This document shows, in pieces, positions 35,301-44,166 of a stretch of DNA of 52,166 bases (positions within the stretch are counted from its first letter, which is position 1; the number at the start of each line of letters is the position of its first letter). The position numbers and the translations under genes were made by a program. The DNA comes from a virus (lineage: Duplodnaviria; Caudoviricetes). The DNA lies in the IMG/VR virus record IMGVR_UViG_3300032288_002130, positions 1 to 52,166 of that record, one strand, 5' to 3'. Under the pieces are notes generated by a model. That model was not told where the DNA came from, did no database searches, and saw only the letters and a list, made by a program, of their open reading frames with translations.

Positions 35301-36155
35301 AATGGTAGTGTAGAAGGTGTAGCCATTGGTGCTGGTGCTAATGATTGGACATTTACCAATGACGGCAAACTACATTTGCCCACAGGTGGAGACATTGTAG
35401 ACAGTGGTGGCGTCAGCGTATTGGGCGGTGGTGGTGGCTTTAGCGGTAACTATAATGATCTTACAAACAAGCCAACTTTATTTGATGGAGCTTACAGTAG
35501 CCTAACAGGAACACCCACACTAGCTACAGTAGCAACCAGTGGCGCTTATGCTGACTTAACTGGTAAGCCAACACTAGCTACAGTAGCAACCAGCGGCAGT
35601 TATACTGATTTATCTAATACTCCTGCTCCTTACAGTTTACCAACTGCAACAGGATCAGTGCTAGGCGGTGTTAAGATTGGGCCGGGAATTTCTATCGACG
35701 GTAACGGAGTAATCAGTACCACTAACACCACTAACCAAAATACATCTACAACTAGCAACGTAACATTTAACAACGTTACAGCAACAGGACAGATTGTAGA
35801 AAGTTTCCAAACATACAGTACTTCTATAGGATCCGGAGAAACCGTTACACTTAATTGTGCTAACGGAAATCTATGGAACGTAACAAGTACTGTAGCAGGT
35901 AACTGGACTGCCGCAGTAACTAACTTTGCAATAACCTTAGGACAAGCATCTAGTGTAACATTAATCATTAATCAAGGTGCTACGGCGCATTTGCCAACTA
36001 CATTGACAATTAACGGCACAGCTACAACTATTAACTGGCAAGGTGGCGCTGTTCCTGTAGGTAACAATAACAAAAAAGATATCATGTCCTTTAGTGTTTT
36101 ACAAACAGGAGCAAGTGCATATCTAGTATTTGGTCAATTGGTAACGTTTGGATAA
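32340..36155 (+). CDS. Modular tail fibre protein with Mtd-N-like N-terminal anchor
   Basis: QLKLRRGNTAEH...GAVGEITVDTD...VHDG; SGxYxDLTNKP repeats; APGALNTLNELS motif; six WxFxxxGxLxxP-type repeats. Confidence 0.85.
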   Translation: MTQRTTKQLKLRRGNTAEHSNFVGAVGEITVDTDLKTIRVHDGSTAGGFPLMRGDATINSIPWTSVTNRPTLFSGAYADLTGKPTLFSGDYADLTNKPTLFSGDYADLTNKPTIPEVPTDVSAFTNDSEYVTSTQLSNSTAGLVQLLTNSLALKANINQIPVVPTDVSAFNNDANYATETYVNNEINSLINGAPGALNTLNELSLALSNDENFSTTVVNSLANKVNSDDLALVATTGSYTDLTNKPTVLAIAPQWTANHTLLPGGENTRYLVGDAVYNNGNIYVANYENESMPVSDPIYWTNIGTGNRLNIDGRDIPNITYDQLTNKPTIPADVSDLTDTTNLLSGGGINTGYFRFNNNILYTNAGQSIYIDPSNDEGDTGFIFVPGPGTADIDPVQIYNQLSGGVRIGSSDSLWTFGSSGTLTLPNNTTVGNNLEGTYSSSFLCLPWGVNDQTSGLFSSNSITRPLFNPLISTISVGWFVSGPGLSGVKEITDIVEMGEGDRAFIVDLTDGSLWADLSVNIPYRFYSPDYALTLNGTKLTVNSNEWKFNQAGHLTVPGDIHEKVGNDLEIAVHNNRNNDGTPGSAVLSLTNNDAVDSQTYTTLEVGAYGIKLNTDYEGVFTGARRTWEFKRNGTLTFPDLTEQTTAWTGSVSLISSGPTAPGSAVVAGENDVDFNFSDGVSTAVSVTRNSEIVSSKPAGLTLASNFDVKIVTDFTDNNRTWTFEGSTGNVELPRGSIIGETSNTTIITPPTATPDQSLVIRPTASQWTIESSGFVVYGSPITITLTLQSWTYFGTVNYEITGPGVTEQSLGRPLTGKLIYAGVYGGPDAQSVTWTIPAQSNITEFTFTVTGVDGVPSTGPGETDPALYYNFEFNAMPTGYATTVTNNGISNTEFSHIHLVAGDPVTVDLYLGDDDQYVKIEKNAGDVVIGTNANTKNWRFGTDGILTFPGGANIIDLPGATLDDSALILGAGTTINENVRAARIAVNGSVEGVAIGAGANDWTFTNDGKLHLPTGGDIVDSGGVSVLGGGGGFSGNYNDLTNKPTLFDGAYSSLTGTPTLATVATSGAYADLTGKPTLATVATSGSYTDLSNTPAPYSLPTATGSVLGGVKIGPGISIDGNGVISTTNTTNQNTSTTSNVTFNNVTATGQIVESFQTYSTSIGSGETVTLNCANGNLWNVTSTVAGNWTAAVTNFAITLGQASSVTLIINQGATAHLPTTLTINGTATTINWQGGAVPVGNNNKKDIMSFSVLQTGASAYLVFGQLVTFG
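32547..32678 (+). repeat. 42-nt tandem repeat x3 (PTLFSGxYADLTxK)
   Basis: Visible at DNA and protein level in the fibre gene. Confidence 0.85.
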
Positions 36156-36158
36156 CAT

Positions 36159-36938
36159 ATGGCCTTTGGTATAACATCTATTTTTAGTAAAGGTTTTACG
36201 GCAGGGCAACGTCCTTTAGTTATTTCCGGCGCTGGCCAGCTACCTAATTTGGAAGTTTGGTACTACGCTGATGTTAACACTAACTTAAATGGTATTACTT
36301 CGGGCAGTGATGTAACAGCATGGGCTAACGCTGGCGGACTAACGTCGCACGATTGGAACTCCACCGGAGGCCGTCGACCAACGTGGGTAAGCAACGTTCA
36401 AAACGGCAAAGGCGTTGTTAGATTTAATCCCGCTGGCAGTACAACACAATATCTGTCTATTAATCCAATAGCATATCTACAAGCATTACCTGCGGTTACC
36501 ATGGTTTTGTTATTTAGAACATTATCAACTGCGGCTGGCAGAAGAATTGCAACATCTACAAATACTGGAGGATTCCAGTGGGGCCAAGATGGCTCGCAAT
36601 GGGTCGGCCAGTTTTCCGGAGCTTCGTTTACAGTAGATAATCACACCGTAGACACTAGTTTCCATCATGTAGCAATCACTTTTAACGGGTCTCAAACCGG
36701 TAACACTAACAGACTTAAAGTACGTTTAGACGGCACAGACACTCCTATTACATATCTAACCAACGTTAATGCTACTACTAGCGCCTCGGCGTCAACATTT
36801 TATGGCGGGCTTGATCAAACTGGTAACAGCGGATATTGGCAGGGCGATATCGGCGAACTAATGATTTGGACTAGAGCATTAAACACCGGTGAGATAGTTG
36901 CTGTTGAAGAATACTTAACTAAAAAGTGGAATGTATAA
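36159..36938 (+). CDS. LamG / concanavalin-A-like lectin-fold virion protein
   Basis: LEVWYYAD, FHHVAITFNG, RLKVRLDG, GDIGELMIWTRAL...VEEYLTKKW. Confidence 0.8.
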   Translation: MAFGITSIFSKGFTAGQRPLVISGAGQLPNLEVWYYADVNTNLNGITSGSDVTAWANAGGLTSHDWNSTGGRRPTWVSNVQNGKGVVRFNPAGSTTQYLSINPIAYLQALPAVTMVLLFRTLSTAAGRRIATSTNTGGFQWGQDGSQWVGQFSGASFTVDNHTVDTSFHHVAITFNGSQTGNTNRLKVRLDGTDTPITYLTNVNATTSASASTFYGGLDQTGNSGYWQGDIGELMIWTRALNTGEIVAVEEYLTKKWNV

Positions 36939-36977
36939 CCAATAAATATTGAATACAGTCCAAATCAAGGAAATAAA

Positions 36978-39900
36978 ATGACTACTAAGCAGGTAAGATT
37001 AAGAAGAGGAACTACCCAACAGCACCAAAACTTTACAGGTGTTCAGGGAGAAATAACAGTTGATACAGATAAGAAAACAATTATAGTTCATGACGGTACT
37101 ACTGTTGGCGGAACTCCTTTAGCCACTGAACAGTTTGTTCAAAATAGTTTTGTTGACATAACACAAGGTCCAGTGGGCCCGCAAGGCCCTGCAGGTGTAA
37201 CTATTGCCAGTGCTACTGTTAGTTCACAAGGCAGGTTGTTAGTTACTTTAACAAATAATACAGTAGTTGATGCAGGAAACGTTTCGGGCATTGCTTCAGC
37301 AACAGTTAATGGCGCCGGGCAGTTAATTTTAACAAAACAAGATGGTACCACAATTAATGCAGGCTCACCAATTGGACCTCAGGGCGAACAAGGAGAAGTT
37401 GGCCCCCAAGGACCACCGGGCACTACTGACTATGAACAATTAGTAAACAAGCCCAATTTAGCACCGGTAGCAACTTCTGGTAGTTATAATGATTTGACTG
37501 ACACGCCTAGTATTCCAAGCATTGCTGGTTTGGCAACAGAGTCTTATGTAAACAATGCAGTCAACAATTTAGTTGATGCCGCACCTTCGGCTTTAGATAC
37601 ATTAAAAGAATTAGCAACAGCACTGGGTAACGACAGTAATTTTTCTGCTAGTATTAGTACACAATTAGGAAATAAAGCCAACACCGCAGACTTGGCCGCA
37701 GTAGCAACTTCTGGTAGTTATACCGACTTAATAAACACACCTACACTTTCTTCTGTCGCAACAACTGGAAGTTATACTGACTTAGGGGATGTTCCAGTTG
37801 GCAGATCTGTAAGTTTAGTAAATACGGCCACGTATCAGTGTTCAGGCGAAGTCGAAGAATTGCTAGTTAATTATGCTGGGGACTGTGTAATTACATTGCC
37901 TGTGACCGCTGTAAACGGCATGAAGATTAAAATCAGGGATATCAGTGGTAACTTAGGAAAAATTAAAAAAATACAATCAGCACAATATGGAGTAAGTCGT
38001 CCTGGTTTAAGTATTAGAATTCAAGTAGCAGAAGGATCTAATCATAAAATTGCAGGTCGAGACTATGACGCAGATTACATAGGAGTACCTGCTCCGAATG
38101 CAGGCCGTGAATTTGTGTTCTTTAATAATAAATGGTATTTAGAAAATTTAAACAGTTTAGTAGAAGATTCGTGGTGGCCAACTAAGTTAGGTGGTGTTGA
38201 ATTTATTGACACTAATCAACCAGGCAGTGACTTGGGAGGAGCCGGACTAATACCATTTAATAAAGGTCGTAGCGCATGGGACCTGGAGTTAGGTGCATAT
38301 TCTTCTGATCATATCGATCGCAGTTATTTCATTCCAGGAGATACTTACGGTGCTCCAGAATCATGGTCGAGAATTTGGTTAAGCAATCGCGGAGCTATCA
38401 TTGGCGGACAAATGTACAGCGGCGCTTCGTTGACATTGGCAGGCGGAACATTAAATCTAAAAAGTCCTTTAGATATAACAACTCCTAACGGAATTTCTGC
38501 ATCCAACGTACATGTAGCACCTAGCAACTTATGGGAGTTCGGTAGGGTAACGATCGATTCTGGTCTAAGTTATAGTGATACAACTAGATTAGATTTTACT
38601 AATAGCCGCGGCGGCACAAGATGGATTGCCGTAGGCGGCAGTAGACAAGGTGGACAATATACATTCAGTCCAGATACCACTGGCATTTGGAAATCATTTG
38701 ACGGTATGAACTTTACACCTGTACCAAATCCTTTTAATGAAACTGGATCAAGTGCAAATATAGTAACAGTGGCACATATCAGTACTGGTGGATCATGGGG
38801 TACACTATTAGCCGCAAGTAGTTCTAATAGGTATTTTAAAAGCACAAACGGTGGCGACACTTGGACAGAAGTTACTACTTCGGGTATCGGAGCTCCTACT
38901 CCTGGACAATACTACTTTCAAAGAAAACTATTTGGGGCAGGCACAAGATTTTATTTACTAGAAAGCAGAAACATTTATCAGTCCTTAGATGGTGGTTTGT
39001 CTTGGACTAATGTTGTACCAACTGAAGTCACATTAGATAATCAAATTGTATTAAATGACATGGCTTATAATCCAACATCTAATACAATTATTGTAGTGGG
39101 TGGCCGCTGGGATCCTAGTTCTTTTGGTTGGAAAGGTAGTTATGCTATACGTAGTGATCTAACAGCCACCGACGAAACACAATGGACAACAATCATTGAC
39201 TCTAATGAAGGTGGTATTCTAAGTGTTGCATCTACTACGGATTACGATGGTGTAGATCGTTGGGGCATGGTAAGACAAAAATCTTGGAATGAAAATTTTC
39301 ACGGATGGGGCGTAGCCGCACAATTGTGGAATGAAGGCAATAGATTTACCACTGCACAATTTAGTAAAAAACTTTCTACAGTAATACCAGAAGTAACCGA
39401 CGGAAATAAAGAAATACCATGGTGGGAAAGTGCTCTTGGACGTCAAGGCGGCGGCGCTGGCTGGACTAATCACCCTACATTGAAATGGGAGGATCCTAAC
39501 TTCTGGCAGCAAGAAGTAGTCAAATCCGTTATGTGCATGGACAGAGTTGGAGTGCCCTTGATGTTTGTTGCAACAATGGAATGGATGGGCGGCAGCAGTG
39601 GCGGTAGTGAAGGTGGCGGCGGAGAAAGCACTAGTGTAGTAGTCAGCCATATCTATACAGTACCTGACAAATCAGTAGTAAATCCTCATGAGGATTTAAC
39701 AGAAAGTTTTGTAGCAGGTGCAATCAAAACCCTTGCAGTTCATCAGTCTGGCGTTAACATGTTTGTAATGGCTGACGGGGATTTTGCATTGTATGCGGCT
39801 GGACGATCAGTTTCAGCAGACGGAAGAAACTGGCAAACATGGTGGAGTTTGTCTGGATACTATGACGAATCTGATCCTGCATTTGAGGGAGAACAATACT

Positions 39901-40577
39901 TGGGCTTGCAACGTGCTCCGGTATATGATGTTATTGCGATAGATTCAACAGACGTAACTCAGATTAATGAAGCAATAGTGGGTAGTATTAGTGCAGAACC
40001 AAGTCAAGGTACTTTTAGAATTCAAGGCAAACAAGTTGGATCAGCAGTAATGATTGATACTAGAGATGCTACCGGTGTTTTAAGTTATAATTTAGCCTGC
40101 TACGACAACAAAGTATATGCTAAGAATCTAACCTTAGATGGCGGATTGACATCTATGTCCAACGTTATCAATTTAAATAATTTGACTTATGCTAATATTG
40201 GACTTGGACTAAAAGGACAGTATGGTATATATCATAACCCAACAGGAACAGCTATAACAGTACCAGCCGGGCAACTAGTAACTTTGGCTACATATAGTGA
40301 AAGTTTTACTACTGTTAAGTATTTGGTCAGTGCTTATTCATCGGATGGTGTACATAGTCAAACTTCTGAAATTTTAATCAGCGGTTTAACTTACAATATT
40401 AACAATCCAAATGGTACTGTGACTTCTATTACTAACGATGGCAGTGGTGCTTGGTTAGCATTTGGAATTGTTCGAAATCCTGATAATATAATGCAAATTC
40501 AAATAGTTTGCGCGGCTTCGTATTCATGTAAAGTTAGTATGTTGCCAATTATGATGATTTCGCCACAATACTCATAA
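36978..40577 (+). CDS. Second Mtd-N tail fibre with collagen-like and BNR/Asp-box repeats
   Basis: QVRLRRGTT...GEITVDTD; G-X-Y triplets (GPQGEQGEVGPQGPPG); SFDGMNF, STNGGDTW, SLDGGLSW, SADGRNW Asp-boxes; TAAATA at 36943. Confidence 0.85.
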   Translation: MTTKQVRLRRGTTQQHQNFTGVQGEITVDTDKKTIIVHDGTTVGGTPLATEQFVQNSFVDITQGPVGPQGPAGVTIASATVSSQGRLLVTLTNNTVVDAGNVSGIASATVNGAGQLILTKQDGTTINAGSPIGPQGEQGEVGPQGPPGTTDYEQLVNKPNLAPVATSGSYNDLTDTPSIPSIAGLATESYVNNAVNNLVDAAPSALDTLKELATALGNDSNFSASISTQLGNKANTADLAAVATSGSYTDLINTPTLSSVATTGSYTDLGDVPVGRSVSLVNTATYQCSGEVEELLVNYAGDCVITLPVTAVNGMKIKIRDISGNLGKIKKIQSAQYGVSRPGLSIRIQVAEGSNHKIAGRDYDADYIGVPAPNAGREFVFFNNKWYLENLNSLVEDSWWPTKLGGVEFIDTNQPGSDLGGAGLIPFNKGRSAWDLELGAYSSDHIDRSYFIPGDTYGAPESWSRIWLSNRGAIIGGQMYSGASLTLAGGTLNLKSPLDITTPNGISASNVHVAPSNLWEFGRVTIDSGLSYSDTTRLDFTNSRGGTRWIAVGGSRQGGQYTFSPDTTGIWKSFDGMNFTPVPNPFNETGSSANIVTVAHISTGGSWGTLLAASSSNRYFKSTNGGDTWTEVTTSGIGAPTPGQYYFQRKLFGAGTRFYLLESRNIYQSLDGGLSWTNVVPTEVTLDNQIVLNDMAYNPTSNTIIVVGGRWDPSSFGWKGSYAIRSDLTATDETQWTTIIDSNEGGILSVASTTDYDGVDRWGMVRQKSWNENFHGWGVAAQLWNEGNRFTTAQFSKKLSTVIPEVTDGNKEIPWWESALGRQGGGAGWTNHPTLKWEDPNFWQQEVVKSVMCMDRVGVPLMFVATMEWMGGSSGGSEGGGGESTSVVVSHIYTVPDKSVVNPHEDLTESFVAGAIKTLAVHQSGVNMFVMADGDFALYAAGRSVSADGRNWQTWWSLSGYYDESDPAFEGEQYLGLQRAPVYDVIAIDSTDVTQINEAIVGSISAEPSQGTFRIQGKQVGSAVMIDTRDATGVLSYNLACYDNKVYAKNLTLDGGLTSMSNVINLNNLTYANIGLGLKGQYGIYHNPTGTAITVPAGQLVTLATYSESFTTVKYLVSAYSSDGVHSQTSEILISGLTYNINNPNGTVTSITNDGSGAWLAFGIVRNPDNIMQIQIVCAASYSCKVSMLPIMMISPQYS

Positions 40578-40580
40578 TAT

Positions 40581-40609
40581 TTGACTTATCCTGCACAAGA
40601 GCATAAAAT
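40581..40609 (+). promoter_or_regulatory. Sigma70-type promoter of primase-helicase
   Basis: TTGACT-17 nt-TAAAAT; ATG 7 nt later. Confidence 0.7.
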
Positions 40610-40615
40610 ATATAC

Positions 40616-41626
40616 ATGAGCCTTGTGCAGGATTTTTTACGACAGCATTTACCTAGTCAGAAAGTAAACCCCAGCGGATGGGTTAGCTTTAACTGTCCTG
40701 TCTGCACGAGTAACGGGCAAGCAAGACCAGACACTAAACGTAGAGGCGGCGTTAGATTTCCTGACTCAGACAGCTTTCAATATAATTGCTTTAACTGTCA
40801 TTTTACAACTGGATGGAGCCCGGGCAAAAATCTCAGCAGTAGAGTCAAGCAGTTGTTTAAAGGACTGGGAGTCAGTGAAGCAGACGTTCAACGACTGCAA
40901 ATTGAACTGATGCGAGAAAATGAAACTAAGGCATTTTTAGAACAGTCATTTAAAAATGCCAATAGAGAAAAATTCAATCCCAATTGGAACACAGTTAAGT
41001 TACCCTATGGTAGTGTTCCTATAAACAGTGTCTCTAATGAATACACGCAGGCTGCTCAGCAATATTTGTCTAATAGGAAAATCTTAAATTATGCTGATTG
41101 GTATTGGGCAGACAGCGATGTGCATAATTTATACAATAGAATTGTCTTGCCCTTAACATATCAAAATAACATAGTAGGCTATCATGCACGTTGGATAGGC
41201 AAGCCGCCTACAAAAGAAACAGCTAAGGTTATCAAAGAGCAACCAAGAGATTATGTATACGGTATTGACCAACAAACAGACTTGCGTAAATATGTTCTCG
41301 TCATGGAAGGCGAATATGACGCAGTAGCAATCAGCGGAGTTAGTACTGGTAGCAATCGTATAAGTCGTAATCAAGCTGACATAATCGAAAGCCTTGGTAA
41401 AACAATCATAGCTGTACCTGACAGAGATAGAGCAGGTCGAGACTTTGCAGAAGATGCCATTGAATACGGATGGAGCATTAGTATCCCCGAATGGGACAGC
41501 GGAATTAAAGACGTTGCAGATGCAGTAGAACAATATGGTAGACTGTTTGTGTTAAAAACGATAATTGACAGCCAAGAGTCTAATCCTATAAAATCAAAAG
41601 TAATAGTGAGAACACATTGTGAGTGA
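40616..41626 (+). CDS. gp61: DNA primase (gp61 / DnaG-type)
   Basis: CPVC...CFNC zinc ribbon; TOPRIM VMEGEYDA and PDRDRAG; KDVADA. Confidence 0.9.
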   Translation: MSLVQDFLRQHLPSQKVNPSGWVSFNCPVCTSNGQARPDTKRRGGVRFPDSDSFQYNCFNCHFTTGWSPGKNLSSRVKQLFKGLGVSEADVQRLQIELMRENETKAFLEQSFKNANREKFNPNWNTVKLPYGSVPINSVSNEYTQAAQQYLSNRKILNYADWYWADSDVHNLYNRIVLPLTYQNNIVGYHARWIGKPPTKETAKVIKEQPRDYVYGIDQQTDLRKYVLVMEGEYDAVAISGVSTGSNRISRNQADIIESLGKTIIAVPDRDRAGRDFAEDAIEYGWSISIPEWDSGIKDVADAVEQYGRLFVLKTIIDSQESNPIKSKVIVRTHCE

Positions 41627-43121
41627 CACAAAAGAATATCTAGAAGACATACAAAAACTATTTTTGGAGTTCCTGATCAGCGACAAGGAACTATTAGCAC
41701 GTACTAATGCGATTATTAATCCTGAGTATTTTCATAGGACATTAAGACCCGCTGCCGAGTTTTTAGTTAGCTATGCTAACGAATATACTGCGGTTCCCAG
41801 TCCCGAACAAGTCAAAGCAACCACAGGCGTTGATCTAGCAGTACATCCTACTTTAAACTCGGACCATCATCAGTGGTTTTTAGATGAGTTTGAACAATTT
41901 TGCAAGTACAAAGCCCTTGAGAAAGCTATTCTTAAATCAGCAGACTTGCTAGAGAAAAACGACTATGGTAAAGTAGAACGTCTAATCAAAGAAGCAGTAG
42001 AAGTAGGACTGGCTAAGAGCTTTGGTACAGATTACTTTGAAGATCCCGCAGCCAGACTGCAAGCACTAAAAAGTCGTAACGGCGGAACAACTACAGGTTG
42101 GAAATCAGTAGACGACAAACTATATGGTGGTTTTAATAGGGGTGAGTTAAACATCTTTGCTGGTGGATCTGGCGCAGGTAAATCCTTATTCTTGCAGAAC
42201 TTGGCTTTAAACTGGAGCCAAGCAGGATTTAACGTAGTGTATCTAAGTTTAGAACTTAGTGAAGGATTATGTAGTTTACGTATGGACAGTATGTTAACTG
42301 GGACCAGTACTAAAGAAATCTATAGGAACTTAGACGATGTTGATTTGAAAGTTCGTATGGCAGGCAAAAAGTCTGGAAAATTACAAATTGTACAGTTGCC
42401 AAACGGCATTAACGTTAATGATTTAAAAGCATGGCTTAAAGAATATACCATTCAAAAGGGTGTTAAAGTAGACTGCATTGTCATTGATTACTTAGATTTG
42501 ATGATGCCCGCAGGCCAAAAGATCAGCGTATCGGACTTGTTTATCAAAGACAAACTAGTATCAGAAGAATTGCGTAACTTTGCTATGCAGGGCAATTACT
42601 TTTTAGCCACAGCATCGCAGTTAAACAGGGCCGCAGTAGAAAGTGTAGAATTTGATCATAGCCATATTTCGGGCGGTTTAAGTAAGATTCAAACAGCGGA
42701 TAACGTTATTGGTATCTTTAACAGCATTACTATGCGCGAACGCGGACGTATTCAAATACAGTTTATGAAAACACGTAGTAGTAGCGGTGTTGGCCAAAAA
42801 GTAGAATTAGCCATTGATATTAATACTTTGCGTATTTCCGATGTTGATGAAAATGACGTTGCTCCGCCCAGTAGTGCTGATGTGATGTTTAACAAACTAA
42901 AACGTCAAGCACAGCAAGAAACAGCAGGATCAACTAGTGGTCCGTTGGATGTAACAAAAGCACCATGGGCGGGTGACCGCCCTACTGGCACACCTGCTTG
43001 GGAAAAACCAGCTCAGCAACTGGGCCAACAAGCAGAATTGAATGCTATTAGACGAGAAAATAGTACCGTTTCCTCTGTTATAGACCGCAGTGAGCAATTA
43101 AGAAATCTGTTGAAAAAGTAA
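41619..43121 (+). CDS. gp41: Replicative helicase (gp41 / DnaB family)
   Basis: TTGW, GGSGAGKS, SLELSE, VIDYLDLM, TASQLNR, TADNVI, KTR motifs. Confidence 0.93.
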   Translation: MSDTKEYLEDIQKLFLEFLISDKELLARTNAIINPEYFHRTLRPAAEFLVSYANEYTAVPSPEQVKATTGVDLAVHPTLNSDHHQWFLDEFEQFCKYKALEKAILKSADLLEKNDYGKVERLIKEAVEVGLAKSFGTDYFEDPAARLQALKSRNGGTTTGWKSVDDKLYGGFNRGELNIFAGGSGAGKSLFLQNLALNWSQAGFNVVYLSLELSEGLCSLRMDSMLTGTSTKEIYRNLDDVDLKVRMAGKKSGKLQIVQLPNGINVNDLKAWLKEYTIQKGVKVDCIVIDYLDLMMPAGQKISVSDLFIKDKLVSEELRNFAMQGNYFLATASQLNRAAVESVEFDHSHISGGLSKIQTADNVIGIFNSITMRERGRIQIQFMKTRSSSGVGQKVELAIDINTLRISDVDENDVAPPSSADVMFNKLKRQAQQETAGSTSGPLDVTKAPWAGDRPTGTPAWEKPAQQLGQQAELNAIRRENSTVSSVIDRSEQLRNLLKK

Positions 43122-43153
43122 AAATTTAGCTAGAATTAATTTTAGAAAATAGC

Positions 43154-43159
43154 TAAATA
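43154..43159 (+). promoter_or_regulatory. Late box TAAATA heading the 43181-48944 operon
   Basis: GCTAAATA, then AGGA RBS and ATG 43181. Confidence 0.6.
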
Positions 43160-43180
43160 TTCGAATATCGCAGGATTTCC

Positions 43181-43432
43181 ATGAAAAAGCAAACTAGATC
43201 TATTCTCGAAGAAATCAGTAGCATTATTCCTACCAGAGACGTTCATAGCGTGGTAGAAAGTAAAGCTACTCACGTAATTGCCAGCGTCACTAATCTAGTT
43301 ACTCTCATTGAAAACTCGTATCCCGAAGCTGAGCGAACAGAGTTACTTAAACGTCTGTACAACAGCATCAAAACAGGGGACGAGCGTAAATTTCTGCGTG
43401 GTATAAAAGCCATTAAGGAAAGTAAAAAATGA
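43181..43432 (+). CDS. Hypothetical late protein
   Basis: 83 aa, MKKQTRSILEEI; first of an ATGA-coupled series. Confidence 0.75.
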   Translation: MKKQTRSILEEISSIIPTRDVHSVVESKATHVIASVTNLVTLIENSYPEAERTELLKRLYNSIKTGDERKFLRGIKAIKESKK

Positions 43433-44166
43433 AAATCAATGACTTAGGTATATTGTCCGAAGGTCCTTTAGATGCTCTAAAACAGTTTGGCCGAGCAATC
43501 GTTGACCCCACAGATAAGTCTGGTAAACAAGAATTTTACAAATATAAAACCAGTATGCAGACTCAGTTCCAACGCTGGGCCAATCAAACAGGCGCTGGTA
43601 AGCCAGATTTAAAAAACGAAGAATTGATTTGCCAATGGTTAACTGATCAGTATGGTCTAAGTCAAAAAGAACTAGCTGAAATAGGTTTAAACTGTGCCGC
43701 GGCAAAACCAGGTGCGGAAAAACCTGCAGGACCAAAAGGACAAGAAGAGCCAGGAAAAACTCCTCCCACCGAAGAACCCAAAGGACAAGCTGGGCCAGGC
43801 CCAACTCCAGGCGGCGAAACTCCAGCAGGCGAAGAACCTAAGCCAGGCGAAACTCCAGCAGGCGAAGAACCTAAAGCGGGAGAAACACCTAAGGCAGGCG
43901 AAGAACCTAAAGCAGAAGAAAAACCCGGACAGTTTGATTTTAAAGATCCTGCTAAGTTTAAAGCAGAATACGACAAGTACGTTGCGGCACAAAATGCAAA
44001 AAACAAGTCTAACGGCATGGGACCATTCCAACTTGGATCAGAACCACAATTACTATCTGTATTAAAACAAATGTGGATGCAAACAGGCGGAACAAAAGCA
44101 GAATCGACCACAAATAAAGGTCCAATTCTAAATGAATTTAAAAAGATATTGGCGGCAAAAAAATGA
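43429..44166 (+). CDS. Putative internal virion protein with GETPAGEEPK repeats
   Basis: MKINDLGILSE leader; Pro/Glu/Gly/Lys repeat linker. Confidence 0.7.
   Translation: MKINDLGILSEGPLDALKQFGRAIVDPTDKSGKQEFYKYKTSMQTQFQRWANQTGAGKPDLKNEELICQWLTDQYGLSQKELAEIGLNCAAAKPGAEKPAGPKGQEEPGKTPPTEEPKGQAGPGPTPGGETPAGEEPKPGETPAGEEPKAGETPKAGEEPKAEEKPGQFDFKDPAKFKAEYDKYVAAQNAKNKSNGMGPFQLGSEPQLLSVLKQMWMQTGGTKAESTTNKGPILNEFKKILAAKK
43810..43920 (+). repeat. About 33-nt imperfect tandem repeat (GETPAGEEPKP)
   Basis: GGCGAAACTCCAGCAGGCGAAGAACCTAA recurs about three times with variation. Confidence 0.75.

Noticed and set aside
32340-40577. Diversity-generating retroelement suggested by Mtd-like N-termini
   Set aside because: No reverse transcriptase and no template / variable repeat pair differing at adenines was seen; only the anchor domain resembles Mtd.
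15830-43121. Introns or active inteins in terminase, UvsX, UvsW, primase or helicase
   Set aside because: Each has ordinary length and contiguous motifs; no Cys...His-Asn insertion seen.
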